A stretch of 64,000 nucleotides of DNA from positions 29,425 through 93,424 of the forward strand of contig DYGB01000002.1 of NCBI GenBank assembly GCA_020724905.1. The letters run 5' to 3'. Positions 1 through 10,135 of the stretch are shown here, piece by piece (position 1 is the first letter of the stretch; each line of letters opens with the position of its first letter). The notes under the pieces were generated by a model, which saw only the letters and a list, made by a program, of their open reading frames with translations, did not search any database and was not told the DNA's origin. A program made the position numbers and the translations under genes. The DNA comes from Candidatus Paceibacter sp. Its GTDB lineage: Bacteria; Patescibacteriota; Minisyncoccia; UBA6257; JAGOQP01.

Positions 1-299
1 GAGATACGGGAGCTATGGCGCTGGGAATTACCATGGGGGTTATTGCGCTCCTTACCAATACCGTACTTTTTCTTCCTCTCTTTGCTCCTATTCTTGTTAT
101 TGAATCACTCTCAGTTATTATTCAAATGTTTTCAAAGAAAGTTTTTAAGAGAAAGATATTTCTTTCCACTCCTATTCATCATCACTTTGAAGCGTTGGGA
201 TGGCATGAGACACGGGTAACGATGCGTTTTTGGATTATTACCGTTGTGGCTAATGGAATTGGTCTTGTGATCTTCTTTCTTTCACGTATGAGTTCATAA
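1..299 (+). CDS. mraY: phospho-N-acetylmuramoyl-pentapeptide transferase MraY, C-terminal fragment (5' end outside window)
   Basis: C-terminal signature PIHHHFE..GW.E..V..RFWII typical of MraY; reading frame open to window start. Confidence 0.8.
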   Translation, partial: DTGAMALGITMGVIALLTNTVLFLPLFAPILVIESLSVIIQMFSKKVFKRKIFLSTPIHHHFEALGWHETRVTMRFWIITVVANGIGLVIFFLSRMSS

Positions 300-301
300 C
301 T

Positions 302-1801
302 ATGATACGACTTTTTAAAAATGTACGCGTTGTTGATGGAACAGGAGGAGCTATCATCCAAGGGGATGTACTTGTGCGAGATGATACTATTATGGCGGTA
401 GGGAGTTTTCCTTCGTACCGTGCCGATGAAGTTATTTATGGACATGAGGGATATCTTACCCCTGGATTTATCGATCCTCATGTTAATTCTGACAAATACC
501 TTACAATATTTTCTTCACCTGAAGCGAGTGATTTTCTTAAACAAGGAGTGACCAGTGGTATTATGGGACACTGTGGATTTTCTCTTGCCCCACTTCTCTA
601 TGATGATCTGCTTTCTCATGCAAGATGGAGTAAAGATGCATTAAATATCAGCTGGAAGAGTATTGGGGAGTTTCTTTCTATGCTTGATAGTATGCATGTA
701 GGGATTAATATTGGTACCTTGGTGGGACATCACATGTTACGAGATAGTATCGTTCATAATCCTGAGATGTTTTCAAAATTGAGTGCCAATGAGTTGCGTA
801 TTGCACGTTCTCTGCTTACCTCATCTCTTGATGAAGGAGCACTTGGATTTTCTTTGGGACTTGGATACAAACCATATACTGATACTTCATACTATGAAGC
901 TCGAGCACTGTGTGATGTTGCTTCGGGGAAGAAACGTGTGTGTGGAGTGCATCTTCGTAATGAAAAGGAAGATGTTGAAACATCAATACAGGAAGTTATT
1001 CGTTTGTCTCGTGATACTTCAGCACAGATGGTAGTGAGTCATTTTCGTCCCTTTAAGGGATTTGAAAGTTCTTTTGAGCGAGCACGAGATCTTCTTGTGG
1101 GTGCATTTGAAAAAGAACATATTTTTGCAAGTATTAATCCATTTCCACATAGCTCAGTGGGGATTGATGAGATTCTTCCTCCAGATCTTCATGATGATGA
1201 TCGAGGAGCATTTGTTCATCGACTTAAAGATGAAACATTTGCAAAGAAAGTTGAACGGTATTTCCCTCCTATTGATGCCGATACGACATATATTGTTTCA
1301 GTTCCTCATATGGATTTTCTTAATGGTGTTCCTCTTTACAACTTTGCAAAAGAACGAGAGTTGAGTACTGCAGGAGCGTTGGTTGAGTTGATGCGCATTA
1401 GTCGTCTTAAAGCAGTAATGCTCTATGAGAACCTTTCTCAGGATCATATTGATGATATGCTTTTTTCTCCTTATACCTTGATTGCATCAAATAGTCCTCA
1501 TATTGATTCTATTCGTATGCATAAGCCACCACGAGCGTATGCAACGTTTTCAGGGTATCTTGCAAAGGCTCAGGAACGGGGAGAGGCTCTTGAAGAGGTA
1601 ATCTACAAGGTTACAGGACTTCCTGCACGTCTGTATCGTCTTTCACGACGTGGTGTTATCAAGAGTGGTGCTCGAGCTGATCTTGTTCTGTTTTCACGAG
1701 ATATGAAGGTTCAGAAAGTATATGTAAATGGAGAGTGTGTGGTAGAGGAGGGGAATTATATTGGAAAGGAAGGAATGGGAAGAGTACTTGAATCATCATG
1801 A
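302..1801 (+). CDS. amidohydrolase-family protein (D-aminoacylase / N-acyl-D-amino-acid deacylase-like)
   Basis: N-terminal pattern ...VVDGTGG...GDVLVRDDTIMAVG...GYLTPGFIDPH... characteristic of the amidohydrolase superfamily; 2-nt gap after mraY, ATGA overlap with ftsW. Confidence 0.65.
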   Translation: MIRLFKNVRVVDGTGGAIIQGDVLVRDDTIMAVGSFPSYRADEVIYGHEGYLTPGFIDPHVNSDKYLTIFSSPEASDFLKQGVTSGIMGHCGFSLAPLLYDDLLSHARWSKDALNISWKSIGEFLSMLDSMHVGINIGTLVGHHMLRDSIVHNPEMFSKLSANELRIARSLLTSSLDEGALGFSLGLGYKPYTDTSYYEARALCDVASGKKRVCGVHLRNEKEDVETSIQEVIRLSRDTSAQMVVSHFRPFKGFESSFERARDLLVGAFEKEHIFASINPFPHSSVGIDEILPPDLHDDDRGAFVHRLKDETFAKKVERYFPPIDADTTYIVSVPHMDFLNGVPLYNFAKERELSTAGALVELMRISRLKAVMLYENLSQDHIDDMLFSPYTLIASNSPHIDSIRMHKPPRAYATFSGYLAKAQERGEALEEVIYKVTGLPARLYRLSRRGVIKSGARADLVLFSRDMKVQKVYVNGECVVEEGNYIGKEGMGRVLESS

Positions 1802-2964
1802 GATTATTTTCTCAAAAACTTCGGATACTTGGACATGCTCCTGATGGTGCATTTCTTTTTGCTATTCTTTTTTTAGTGGTAGGAGGACTCTTTGCGCTTG
1901 CTTCTGCATCATCTGATATTGCTGCAATTCGATATGGTACTCCTTCCTATTTTCTTCTAGGACAGATTCTTAAAGGATTGCTTCCTGGAATTGTTGGATT
2001 TTTTATTGGGTATGTTGTGTATTATCGACGATGGAAACGAGTTTCCTTTTTCCTCTTTGCACTTAATATTGTACTACTTCTTTTGGTATTTACTCCCTTT
2101 GGCTATGCAGCCAAAGGGTCACATCGATGGATTGAATTGGGGCCTCTTTCATTTCAACCCTCTGAGCTTTTAAAGATTACTTTTGTACTTTATCTTGCAT
2201 CACTTTTTTCAAGTACTCATGTTCGTTCTATGAAAGGTTCTTGGAAAATGGCACTTGTCTTTATGGGGTTAAGTGCATTAGTGGGGGGACTTATCTTTCT
2301 TCAGCCTGCAACAACAATGGCGGTAGTGATTTTGTCTTCAGGGTTTATTATGTTTGTCTTTAGTGGTGCACGAGCAAAACATATTATTTCAGTACTTGTG
2401 CTTGCTGGGGTTGTTGTTGGATCTCTTGTTGCTTTGACTCCGTATCGATTTGATCGGTTCGTGCCGTTTTGGAATCAGATTATTGCCATACCGTTTCCTT
2501 CACTTGCTATTGATGATATTGAAGTTGATTCATTTCATGTGAATCAGTCTCGTATCTCTATTGGTGCAGGAGGAATTAGTGGTGTGGGGTTTGGAGAATC
2601 AACGAGTAAATATAGCGTGCTTCCAGAACCAATGGGGGACAGTATTTTTTCTGTTATCGCTGAAGAGTTTGGATTTATCGGATCGATGGTGGTAATGGTG
2701 CTCTATGGCATTGTGTTTTGGCGAGGAACTGACATTGTTAAAAAGAGTCGTGATGATTTTGCTCGGTTGGTAACACTTGGATTTGTGAGTATTATTACCA
2801 TACAAACACTGATTCATATTGGAGCAAATAGTGGAATTGTTCCCTTTACTGGGATTCCACTTCCGTTTGTAAGTTATGGAGGAACAGCGCTTGCTATCTC
2901 TTTGACTATGATTGGTGTGATTGCTAACATATCCAGACACACAGGGAAACATTCATCGTTATAA
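1798..2964 (+). CDS. ftsW: SEDS-family peptidoglycan glycosyltransferase FtsW/RodA
   Basis: Polytopic membrane protein with FtsW/RodA motifs (ELLKITFVLYLAS; GIPLPFVSYGGTALAI); dcw position before murG. Confidence 0.85.
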   Translation: MRLFSQKLRILGHAPDGAFLFAILFLVVGGLFALASASSDIAAIRYGTPSYFLLGQILKGLLPGIVGFFIGYVVYYRRWKRVSFFLFALNIVLLLLVFTPFGYAAKGSHRWIELGPLSFQPSELLKITFVLYLASLFSSTHVRSMKGSWKMALVFMGLSALVGGLIFLQPATTMAVVILSSGFIMFVFSGARAKHIISVLVLAGVVVGSLVALTPYRFDRFVPFWNQIIAIPFPSLAIDDIEVDSFHVNQSRISIGAGGISGVGFGESTSKYSVLPEPMGDSIFSVIAEEFGFIGSMVVMVLYGIVFWRGTDIVKKSRDDFARLVTLGFVSIITIQTLIHIGANSGIVPFTGIPLPFVSYGGTALAISLTMIGVIANISRHTGKHSSL

Positions 2965-2965
2965 T

Positions 2966-4090
2966 ATGAAACAACAAGATACTCGTATTGTCGTATGTGG
3001 TGGGGGAACAGGGGGGCACATCTACCCACTTCTTTCTGTTATCGATGAGATAAAGCGAATTGCCTCAGATGCGTCACTTTTCTACGTTGGAGCAAAGAGT
3101 ACTTATGGAGCTGAGTTTGTTTCTCGGGGAGTGGCGGTAAAGACAATTGGTGCGGTGAAACTTCGTCGTTATTTTTCTTTACTTAACATTATTGATATCA
3201 TTCGGTTTCCATTCGTATTTCTTCATGCACTCTGGCATCTCTTTTGGATTATGCCCGATGCTGTGTTTTCAAAAGGAGGGACAAGTTCACTTCCGGTAGT
3301 TTGTGCAGCGTGGCTCTTTCGTATTCCTTTGGTGGTACACGAGTCCGACTCTCTTCCAGGGTTAAGTAATAGCATTGCATTTCGTGTGGCTGCTCGTATC
3401 GGTCTTGCATTTCAAAAGACACGTGATCTTGTTTCAGGGTCCCATGTTGCTGTTGTGGGAAATCCAATTCGTTCATTTCTTTTACGGAGTGATGAGGATA
3501 TTAAAAAACCACAGGCACAGAAATTATTTGGATTTTCAGCTGACCTTCCTCTCATTCTTATCCTAGGAGGATCACAAGGATCAGTTCGTATCAATCAATT
3601 TCTCTTAGATATTGCTCCAGAACTTGTTGAGAACTATCAGATACTCCATCAGACAGGAGCAGATCATTTTGAACGATTTAAAAGAGAGCTTTTAGTGACA
3701 CTGAAAGATCTTTCTCCTCAGAAACGTGATCGGTATCATGTTATTAATTTCTTTTCAAAAGATTTAAAGGAAGCACTTATTGCAAGTGATTGTGCAGTGA
3801 CACGTGCAGGGAGTGGAACGTTACATGAGCTTGCCTACTATCATATCCCTTCTCTTATCATTCCTCTTGAAGAGTCTGCTCGATCACATCAAACATACAA
3901 TGCCTATGAATTTGCAGAACGGTTCAAAGACACCTTTCGTGTCATTGAGGAGGGGAATTTATCCGATTCTATCTTTTTTTCTCAGTTAGAGAAGCTTTTG
4001 AAGCAAAAGGGGACTGAGAGAGCTCCACTGGTAGAGGATACTACAGCACGTATACTTGCCTCAGAGATCGTTTCAATCGCACGAGGATAG
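2966..4090 (+). CDS. murG: undecaprenyldiphospho-muramoylpentapeptide beta-N-acetylglucosaminyltransferase MurG
   Basis: N-terminal G-loop IVVCGGGTGGHIYP and GT28 C-terminal domain; start taken at ATG 2966 immediately after the ftsW stop (the longer ORF from 2921 overlaps ftsW). Confidence 0.85.
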   Translation: MKQQDTRIVVCGGGTGGHIYPLLSVIDEIKRIASDASLFYVGAKSTYGAEFVSRGVAVKTIGAVKLRRYFSLLNIIDIIRFPFVFLHALWHLFWIMPDAVFSKGGTSSLPVVCAAWLFRIPLVVHESDSLPGLSNSIAFRVAARIGLAFQKTRDLVSGSHVAVVGNPIRSFLLRSDEDIKKPQAQKLFGFSADLPLILILGGSQGSVRINQFLLDIAPELVENYQILHQTGADHFERFKRELLVTLKDLSPQKRDRYHVINFFSKDLKEALIASDCAVTRAGSGTLHELAYYHIPSLIIPLEESARSHQTYNAYEFAERFKDTFRVIEEGNLSDSIFFSQLEKLLKQKGTERAPLVEDTTARILASEIVSIARG

Positions 4091-4140
4091 AGGGCTATTT
4101 CATTTGTTTTTAGCTATTTTTGGGGGTATACTTATGATGT

Positions 4141-5595
4141 ATGAATAGGCCTGTTCGTGTACGAATTGCCCCTTCTCCTACTGGATATCTCCATTTAGGG
4201 ACCGTTCGTACCGCATTATTTAACTACTTATTTGCCAAACAACATGATGGCCAATTTGTTGTGCGTATTGAAGATACTGATCGGGGACGTTCCCTTCCTA
4301 TCTATGAACAGGATATTCTAGAAGGGTTAAAGGACATCAATCTTGCCTGGGATGAGGGGCCTGATATTGGAGGTCCTCATGGTCCATATCGTCAGAGCGA
4401 GAGAGGAGAAATCTATGAGCGGTATACAAAAAAACTTCTTGATGAGAAAAAAGCATACTGGTGTTTTTGTTCAAAAGAAGATCTTGATGCTGAGAGAAAA
4501 GCTATGTTAGCTCAGGGACTTTTTCCTAAGTATAGTGGAAGGTGTCGTTCTCTTCCTCGAGAAGATGCAGAAAAGAAACGAGCAGCAGGAGAAAAAGCAG
4601 TCTTACGTTTATATGTATCTGATGGACGAACGGTATCTTTTTCTGATCTTATCCGTGGAGAGGTAAGTGTGAAGAGTGGCTCTATTGGAGATTTTGTTAT
4701 CGCAAAAAGTGAGAAAGAACTTCTCTACAACCTTGCTGTTGTTATTGATGATTATGAAATGGAGATATCACATGTGATTCGTGGAGAAGATCATATTTCA
4801 AATACACCACGACAAATCCTTATTCATGAGGCATTGGGGATTGAGCCTCCTGTCTATGCACATCTTCCTCTTATTCTCTCACCTGACAAGAGTAAATTAT
4901 CTAAGCGAGCCTTAGAGACATCGTTTCGAGAATACCTGTCTCAGGGGTATTTACCCCAAGCCCTTGTTAACTTCCTTGTGTTGTTAGGGTGGCATCCTGA
5001 TGATGAACAGGAAATCTTTTCATTGGATGAAATGATACAGGAGTTTAGTCTTAAACGGGTAAGTAAGAGTGGTGCAGTGTTTTCACTTGATAAGTTGGAA
5101 TGGTTTAATGCTCACTATATTAAACATCTTCCCTTTAAAGAACTTCTTGAAGTACTCTGGGATTTTATTCCTCCTGTGTGGAAGGAACAAAAAGAGCGTG
5201 TTGAAAAGATTCTTGCTATAGAAAGGACACGCCTTAAAACCTTGTCTGAATTTGAAAAACTCGCATCATTTTTCTTTGTTCCAGAAGAGTATGATACAGA
5301 ACTTCTTGTATGGCAGAAAATGAACCTAGAAGAAGTGAAAGAAAAGCTCACTGCGGTACTAGGTCTCCTTGCGAATGTATCAGTATTTGATATTGAGACA
5401 CTTGAGGCTGCGCTTATGCCCTATGCTCAGGAGCAGGGGAGGGGTGAGGTGCTCTGGCCACTTCGTGTTGCACTTTCTGGACGAAAGAAATCTCCAAGTC
5501 CTTTTGAGATTATGAGTGTGCTTGGGAAAGAAGAAACGATAAAGCGCATTACCCGTGCCTGTGAAAAAATAGATGCTTATGAAACAGCAACATAA
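4141..5595 (+). CDS. gltX: glutamyl-tRNA synthetase
   Basis: Class I aaRS motifs: HLGT (HIGH) in VRVRIAPSPTGYLHLGTVRTALFNY, and KLSKR (KMSKS). Confidence 0.9.
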   Translation: MNRPVRVRIAPSPTGYLHLGTVRTALFNYLFAKQHDGQFVVRIEDTDRGRSLPIYEQDILEGLKDINLAWDEGPDIGGPHGPYRQSERGEIYERYTKKLLDEKKAYWCFCSKEDLDAERKAMLAQGLFPKYSGRCRSLPREDAEKKRAAGEKAVLRLYVSDGRTVSFSDLIRGEVSVKSGSIGDFVIAKSEKELLYNLAVVIDDYEMEISHVIRGEDHISNTPRQILIHEALGIEPPVYAHLPLILSPDKSKLSKRALETSFREYLSQGYLPQALVNFLVLLGWHPDDEQEIFSLDEMIQEFSLKRVSKSGAVFSLDKLEWFNAHYIKHLPFKELLEVLWDFIPPVWKEQKERVEKILAIERTRLKTLSEFEKLASFFFVPEEYDTELLVWQKMNLEEVKEKLTAVLGLLANVSVFDIETLEAALMPYAQEQGRGEVLWPLRVALSGRKKSPSPFEIMSVLGKEETIKRITRACEKIDAYETAT

Positions 5596-6841
5596 TATAC
5601 AAAGATTTTTTATTATACTACAGATATGTGCACTCCTCGCTGGGGGTGTTTCATTTGTGTCTGCTGATGAAGCTCTTGATGCACAGATTCGAGAAAAGAA
5701 CCAAGAGTTACAGGAAATTCAACAACAAATTCTTCAACAGCAACAACTTTTAGAGCAGACGCAACGAGAGAAACGAACTGTTGAAACTGAATTGAGTCGT
5801 GTAAACGCACAGATTCGACAGATTGATTTGGGAATTCGTTCAAGTCGTTTAACAGTTGATAAGCTTGATCTTGAAATCTCTTCTCTTCAAGAAGAACTGG
5901 TAAAAGCTCAAGAATCTATTAACCAAAAAGCAGAAACGGTGACTGATGTGTTACGACAGGTACAAGAACGTGATACTGATAGTATGTTGGTAGTACTTTT
6001 AAAACACAACAGTCTTTCCGAGAGTTTATTTGAAATGCAGGCACTCAGTGATCTTAATGTGAATCTTTTAGGGCGCATTGCTGAGCTTGAGGAGGCTCAG
6101 CGGAATCTTTCACGTGTTCTTGAAGATGCAACAGAGGCACGACGCAAGAAATCTATTGAACAGGCAACACTTGAAAACAAACGTGTTATATCAGAAGAAC
6201 TTCAAGGAGAAAAAAAACAGATCCTTTCTCTTACTGAAAGCCAAGAACAAGCCTTTGAGAAGAATCTCAGTGAACTTGAGGAACGTCAACTTGAAATTGC
6301 TCAAGAGATTGTAGAGATTGAATCTCGTCTTCAAAATCAAATTGACTTTACGACACTTCCAGATAAACTTCCTGGCCTCTTGGCAAATCCTGTTCCTGAG
6401 CGTTATACCATTACACAGCTCTATGGAAGAACACCTGATGCTGTTCGTTTTTATAAGAGTGGTTTTCATAACGGTATTGACCTTGCCGCTCCTGTAGGGA
6501 CAAAGATTGTTGCTGCTGAGGATGGTGTTGTGCTTGCTGCTGCGAATCAAGATCTCTATTGTCGACGAGGTGCGTATGGAAAGTTTGTTTTAATACAGCA
6601 CCCAACACTTGGTCTTGCTACTCTGTATGCTCATCTTTCATATATTTCAGTTAAAAAAGGGGATATAGTCAAGAGAGGGGATTTGATAGGGAATATGGGG
6701 AACACAGGACTTTCAACAGGATCGCATCTTCATTTTACCTTGTATGATGCAGCAACGGTTGAAGTGAGAGCATCTCAGTACTGTGGTCCTGAAATGCCAT
6801 ACGGAGGTTCTATTGATCCACGTAATTATGTGTTATTCTAA
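5573..6841 (+). CDS. M23-family metallopeptidase with N-terminal signal peptide and long coiled-coil (EnvC-like murein hydrolase activator)
   Basis: Q/E-rich heptad region followed by M23 motifs HNGIDLAAPVGTKIVAAEDGVV and GNTGLSTGSHLHF; overlaps the gltX 3' end by 23 nt. Confidence 0.8.
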   Translation: MLMKQQHNIQRFFIILQICALLAGGVSFVSADEALDAQIREKNQELQEIQQQILQQQQLLEQTQREKRTVETELSRVNAQIRQIDLGIRSSRLTVDKLDLEISSLQEELVKAQESINQKAETVTDVLRQVQERDTDSMLVVLLKHNSLSESLFEMQALSDLNVNLLGRIAELEEAQRNLSRVLEDATEARRKKSIEQATLENKRVISEELQGEKKQILSLTESQEQAFEKNLSELEERQLEIAQEIVEIESRLQNQIDFTTLPDKLPGLLANPVPERYTITQLYGRTPDAVRFYKSGFHNGIDLAAPVGTKIVAAEDGVVLAAANQDLYCRRGAYGKFVLIQHPTLGLATLYAHLSYISVKKGDIVKRGDLIGNMGNTGLSTGSHLHFTLYDAATVEVRASQYCGPEMPYGGSIDPRNYVLF

Positions 6842-6859
6842 ATAAGTAATATATTTCAT

Positions 6860-7120
6860 ATGGAAACCCTTATACAAATACTGTTGAGTCCGATAAAAAC
6901 CTTTCTTGAGGAGAATGGTCTATGGGATGATATGGTAAACCTTTACCATAAGGCAGAAGGCGTTGTAGAGGCTATTAGTGGATGGTTTGGAGTTGAGACA
7001 TCTGGAGACTCTGATCTATGGGGGTTTATTGTAGGATTTTTTAAACTTCTCTTCCAGATTGTTGTGACCGTCTTTAACGTTATTATTGACCTGATTAATT
7101 GGGTATTGGGGCTCTTTTAA
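6860..7120 (+). CDS. hypothetical small protein (hydrophobic C-terminus)
   Basis: 86-aa ORF followed by a rho-independent terminator; no recognisable family. Confidence 0.4.
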   Translation: METLIQILLSPIKTFLEENGLWDDMVNLYHKAEGVVEAISGWFGVETSGDSDLWGFIVGFFKLLFQIVVTVFNVIIDLINWVLGLF

Positions 7121-7198
7121 AGCACTCCTCTTGAAACAGTATATATAGATGTCGCAAAACATATATTGTGCGACACATAGTTATTCTTTTACTCTCTA

Positions 7199-7226
7199 CT
7201 CCCCTTTGTTTTTAGGGGAGTTTTTT
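7199..7226 (+). terminator. rho-independent terminator
   Basis: CTCCCCT-ttgttttt-AGGGGAG hairpin followed by TTTTTT. Confidence 0.6.
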
Positions 7227-7674
7227 ATAGTGTGATCTTTGTAATATCTTCTACACATATCCATGCGGCACCAATTCCAAATCCTTTCTTGGTAATATGA
7301 AATGGTTTTGAAATCTTTTTAGGATGGGTGAGGGTAAGAAGAACACAGTAGCGGGGTAGTCTCCCCCACTCTTTGGGGGTAGTCTTGGTGAGACAGGCAT
7401 CTTTTGCGTATCTATCAAGAATATCTTGTAATTCTTGAGGGGTATGTATTTCATATTGTGTGACGTTGGATATTGTTGCCTGTGCTGTTATCTTTTCTCC
7501 TGCATTTTTGAAATAAATAGTCTCCCCTTTTTAATACTCTATTCCAGGGGGCTCTTTTTGTTTAATACCATCGTGACTCCACCTTCTTTTCTTTTGAAAG
7601 TATTTTTGGAATGAGTCCCCATGATTTTTTCATGATGGCAATATGATCCATGTCTTTATGTTATAATTGTACAT

Positions 7675-8448
7675 ATGGCAAAACAAGATCCACGAGTATT
7701 CATGGAAGAGTCAGGATATGATATCAATGGTATTTGGTATCCTCGTGTTACTTCTATTGTAGGGATAAAAGCAAAACCAGCGTTGTATCGTTTTTATGGT
7801 GAGTTAAAAAGTTTTGATGAGGGTGAAAAGATAAAAGAGAAGTCAGCCACCGAAGGTACTCTTATTCATGATACCGTTGAAGATTTATTAATTGGAAAAG
7901 ATGTTGCTGTCAATCCTTCAGTTGCTCCTGCTATTGAAGCATTTCAGAAATTTACTGAAACAACACATATCTTTGCTGATAAGGACTATATTGAGAAACG
8001 TATTGCACATACTACTGAACGCTATGCAGGGACTGTTGATGCCCTCGCCCTTATTGATGGCAAGTTTGGTGTCCTTGATATAAAAACATCTCAAGCTATT
8101 TATCGAGACTACAATCTTCAAACAGCAGCCTATATTGCTGCCCTTATCGATGAGCTCCCTACATTACAGACACGCTGGATACTTCGTATTGATCAGCATC
8201 AGGTGTGCTTAGAGTGTGGAGCAAAGAAACGTATGAAAGGTGGACGAGAGAAGATACGACTCCCCTGGCAGTACAGAGAAAAGGCTCGTGCTCAGAATTG
8301 TGAACATCGCTGGGATGATCTTATTGGGGAAATTGAATTACAAGAATTTCCTTTTTGGCGCAGTGATTATCAAGCATTCTTGGGTGCAAAGAAGCTCTGG
8401 GAGTGGGAGTATGAAGAGGTTCTTAAAACAATTGGGTATCTTCTATAG
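7675..8448 (+). CDS. PD-(D/E)xK nuclease superfamily protein (RecB/Cas4-like fold) with C-terminal Cys cluster
   Basis: Motifs GTLIHD, DALALIDGKFGVLDIKTS (D...D/ExK), QTAAYIAAL (RecB-family QxxxY); C-terminal CLEC...C(EH). Confidence 0.6.
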   Translation: MAKQDPRVFMEESGYDINGIWYPRVTSIVGIKAKPALYRFYGELKSFDEGEKIKEKSATEGTLIHDTVEDLLIGKDVAVNPSVAPAIEAFQKFTETTHIFADKDYIEKRIAHTTERYAGTVDALALIDGKFGVLDIKTSQAIYRDYNLQTAAYIAALIDELPTLQTRWILRIDQHQVCLECGAKKRMKGGREKIRLPWQYREKARAQNCEHRWDDLIGEIELQEFPFWRSDYQAFLGAKKLWEWEYEEVLKTIGYLL

Positions 8449-8575
8449 GGAGATACTGTTGAATAATGAGTGGTCCTGGATTTTCTTTTCCAAGAAGGTA
8501 TCCAAGAATAAATGTTATAAAAAAGAGAAGAAACAGAATAAGTACAAGAATAACAATCTTTTTGTTCATAAGTCT

Positions 8576-9271
8576 TTAAAAACGTATGTACTTGTCCCAG
8601 TACTGATAGAGCTCTCCTGTTGAGATAATGTCTCGTGCATTGTATTCAGCAATATCAGCACTCTTTCCTTCTTTAAACAGATTCCATACATCGTTTCCAT
8701 CAACGCCAGCTTCTTTAGGGCTTTCTATTCCAAATGCTTTAGTCCACATATGGAGTGGAAATTTTCTTCGTACTGATCCATAGAAGGTAAGTTGATCAAG
8801 GAGATCGATATGAATAGCATTCCCAGGTTGGTATGAGGTGTATCGATTAGACATAAGATTTTTTGATGGTCGCATACCATGGATGGCTGATCGTACCATC
8901 ATATAGGGAACATCAAATCCCCTTCCATTAAACGAAATAAATTCATCGTACTGTTTTGCAATATCCCAAAACATTTTTAAAATATCTTTCTCACTCCCCT
9001 CTTGTATATCAAGCCCTTGAGATGTTTGTTTGGGAAGGGTTACTCCTTCCTTTGTTTGTATAAAAATAGCTCCTTTTTGTGTTTCTGGGTTTAAAACTCC
9101 AATTGCAACAATTTCTCCAGTGAGAGGATAAAAGCCTGTTTGCTCTTTAATAAGCTCTTTTTCTTCCTCGCTTTCAGCAAATTTGACAAGGTATTCTTGT
9201 GAGATTTCATCGAGCTCATTGAACTCTGTTCCTATGGTTTCAATATCGAATACAAGTGATGCTGTTGACAT
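8576..9271 (-). CDS. DnaQ-like 3'-5' exonuclease (RNase H-like fold)
   Basis: Exo motifs I FDIETIG, II FNGRGFDVPYM, III YNARDI. Confidence 0.65.
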   Translation of the reverse strand: MSTASLVFDIETIGTEFNELDEISQEYLVKFAESEEEKELIKEQTGFYPLTGEIVAIGVLNPETQKGAIFIQTKEGVTLPKQTSQGLDIQEGSEKDILKMFWDIAKQYDEFISFNGRGFDVPYMMVRSAIHGMRPSKNLMSNRYTSYQPGNAIHIDLLDQLTFYGSVRRKFPLHMWTKAFGIESPKEAGVDGNDVWNLFKEGKSADIAEYNARDIISTGELYQYWDKYIRF

Positions 9272-9328
9272 ATAAAATCAGTATATACTATAATGAGGCG
9301 TATTGAAAATATAGTATATTTCTAAGTT

Positions 9329-9613
9329 ATGGCACATACGAAACAGCTCGGTTCGACGAGGAATGGACGAGATTCACGTTCAAAACGACTTGGAGTGAAA
9401 CGTCAACACGGGCAAAAAGTGAATACAGGAGAGATTCTTATTAGGCAACGAGGCACTCGGTATCTTTTTGGTACTAACGTACGACGTGGAGCTGATGATA
9501 CTCTGTATGCATCTACAGCTGGAGTTGTTGCTTTTAAGACGGTAAAGAAAGAAACGTTTAATGGAAAGATTCGATACGCAACAATGGTAGATGTTGTTCC
9601 TCAGACTTCATAA
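9329..9613 (+). CDS. rpmA: 50S ribosomal protein L27
   Basis: [16 protein letters not shown]... canonical L27 N-terminus. Confidence 0.95.
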   Translation: MAHTKQLGSTRNGRDSRSKRLGVKRQHGQKVNTGEILIRQRGTRYLFGTNVRRGADDTLYASTAGVVAFKTVKKETFNGKIRYATMVDVVPQTS

Positions 9614-9635
9614 GTGAGTGTTTGAAAAGAAATAA

Positions 9636-9668
9636 GAAGAGATGGAATAATCCATCTCTTTTTTTATT
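9636..9668. terminator. bidirectional rho-independent terminator between convergent rpmA and rplI
   Basis: GAAGAGATGGA-ataa-TCCATCTCTT hairpin followed by a T-run. Confidence 0.6.
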
Positions 9669-10131
9669 CTTTTTCTATGGTGATAGAAAGAGAAAGAGGA
9701 GTGATATAGTCCTCTCTTCCTATGCGGAGTGGGATCTCATGCTCTCCTAATTCCTTTATCGGTTTTATATCGATGTGTACATCTTTTTCTCCAAACGATG
9801 TGTCTTGTGAAGAAAGAAACGTTGCAACTTTCTTTTTTATATCTTCTCCATGAAGTGAGGTGAAGAGTTCTCCCCCCTCCCCTCCTTTGAGAGTAAATAC
9901 AAATGATTCATTCTTTAATTTTTTTGCGAGTGTTTGGATATGAGCAGCTTTTGTATCATGCTCTTGTTTCTTTTCTTGCTGTATTTTTTCAAAGCGAGCG
10001 ATAAGGTCAGGAGTCGCTATTTTTGCTTTTCCTTTAAGGATGAGAGCATTTTTTGCATATCCTGGTGATACATCAACAATATCTCCTTTATTTCCTAATT
10101 TTTCTATATGGGTGAGAAGTTGTATTTTCAT
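9664..10131 (-). CDS. rplI: 50S ribosomal protein L9
   Basis: MKIQLLTHIEKLGNKGDIVDVSPGYAKN... L9 N-domain signature. Confidence 0.9.
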   Translation of the reverse strand: MKIQLLTHIEKLGNKGDIVDVSPGYAKNALILKGKAKIATPDLIARFEKIQQEKKQEHDTKAAHIQTLAKKLKNESFVFTLKGGEGGELFTSLHGEDIKKKVATFLSSQDTSFGEKDVHIDIKPIKELGEHEIPLRIGREDYITPLSLSITIEKE

Positions 10132-10135
10132 GGTG

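Noticed and set aside
182-6608. Numerous short ORFs antisense to or embedded within mraY, amidohydrolase, ftsW, murG, gltX and the M23 peptidase (e.g. 182-481, 783-1034, 2599-2952, 6191-6550)
   Set aside because: They lie wholly inside strongly supported genes on the opposite strand or in another frame, which is typical six-frame noise. The same applies to similar embedded ORFs throughout the window.
7251-7454. 67-aa minus-strand ORF in the 7.1-7.7 kb intergenic region
   Set aside because: It is Pro-rich with a non-protein-like composition and no RBS, and it lies in a promoter/terminator region.
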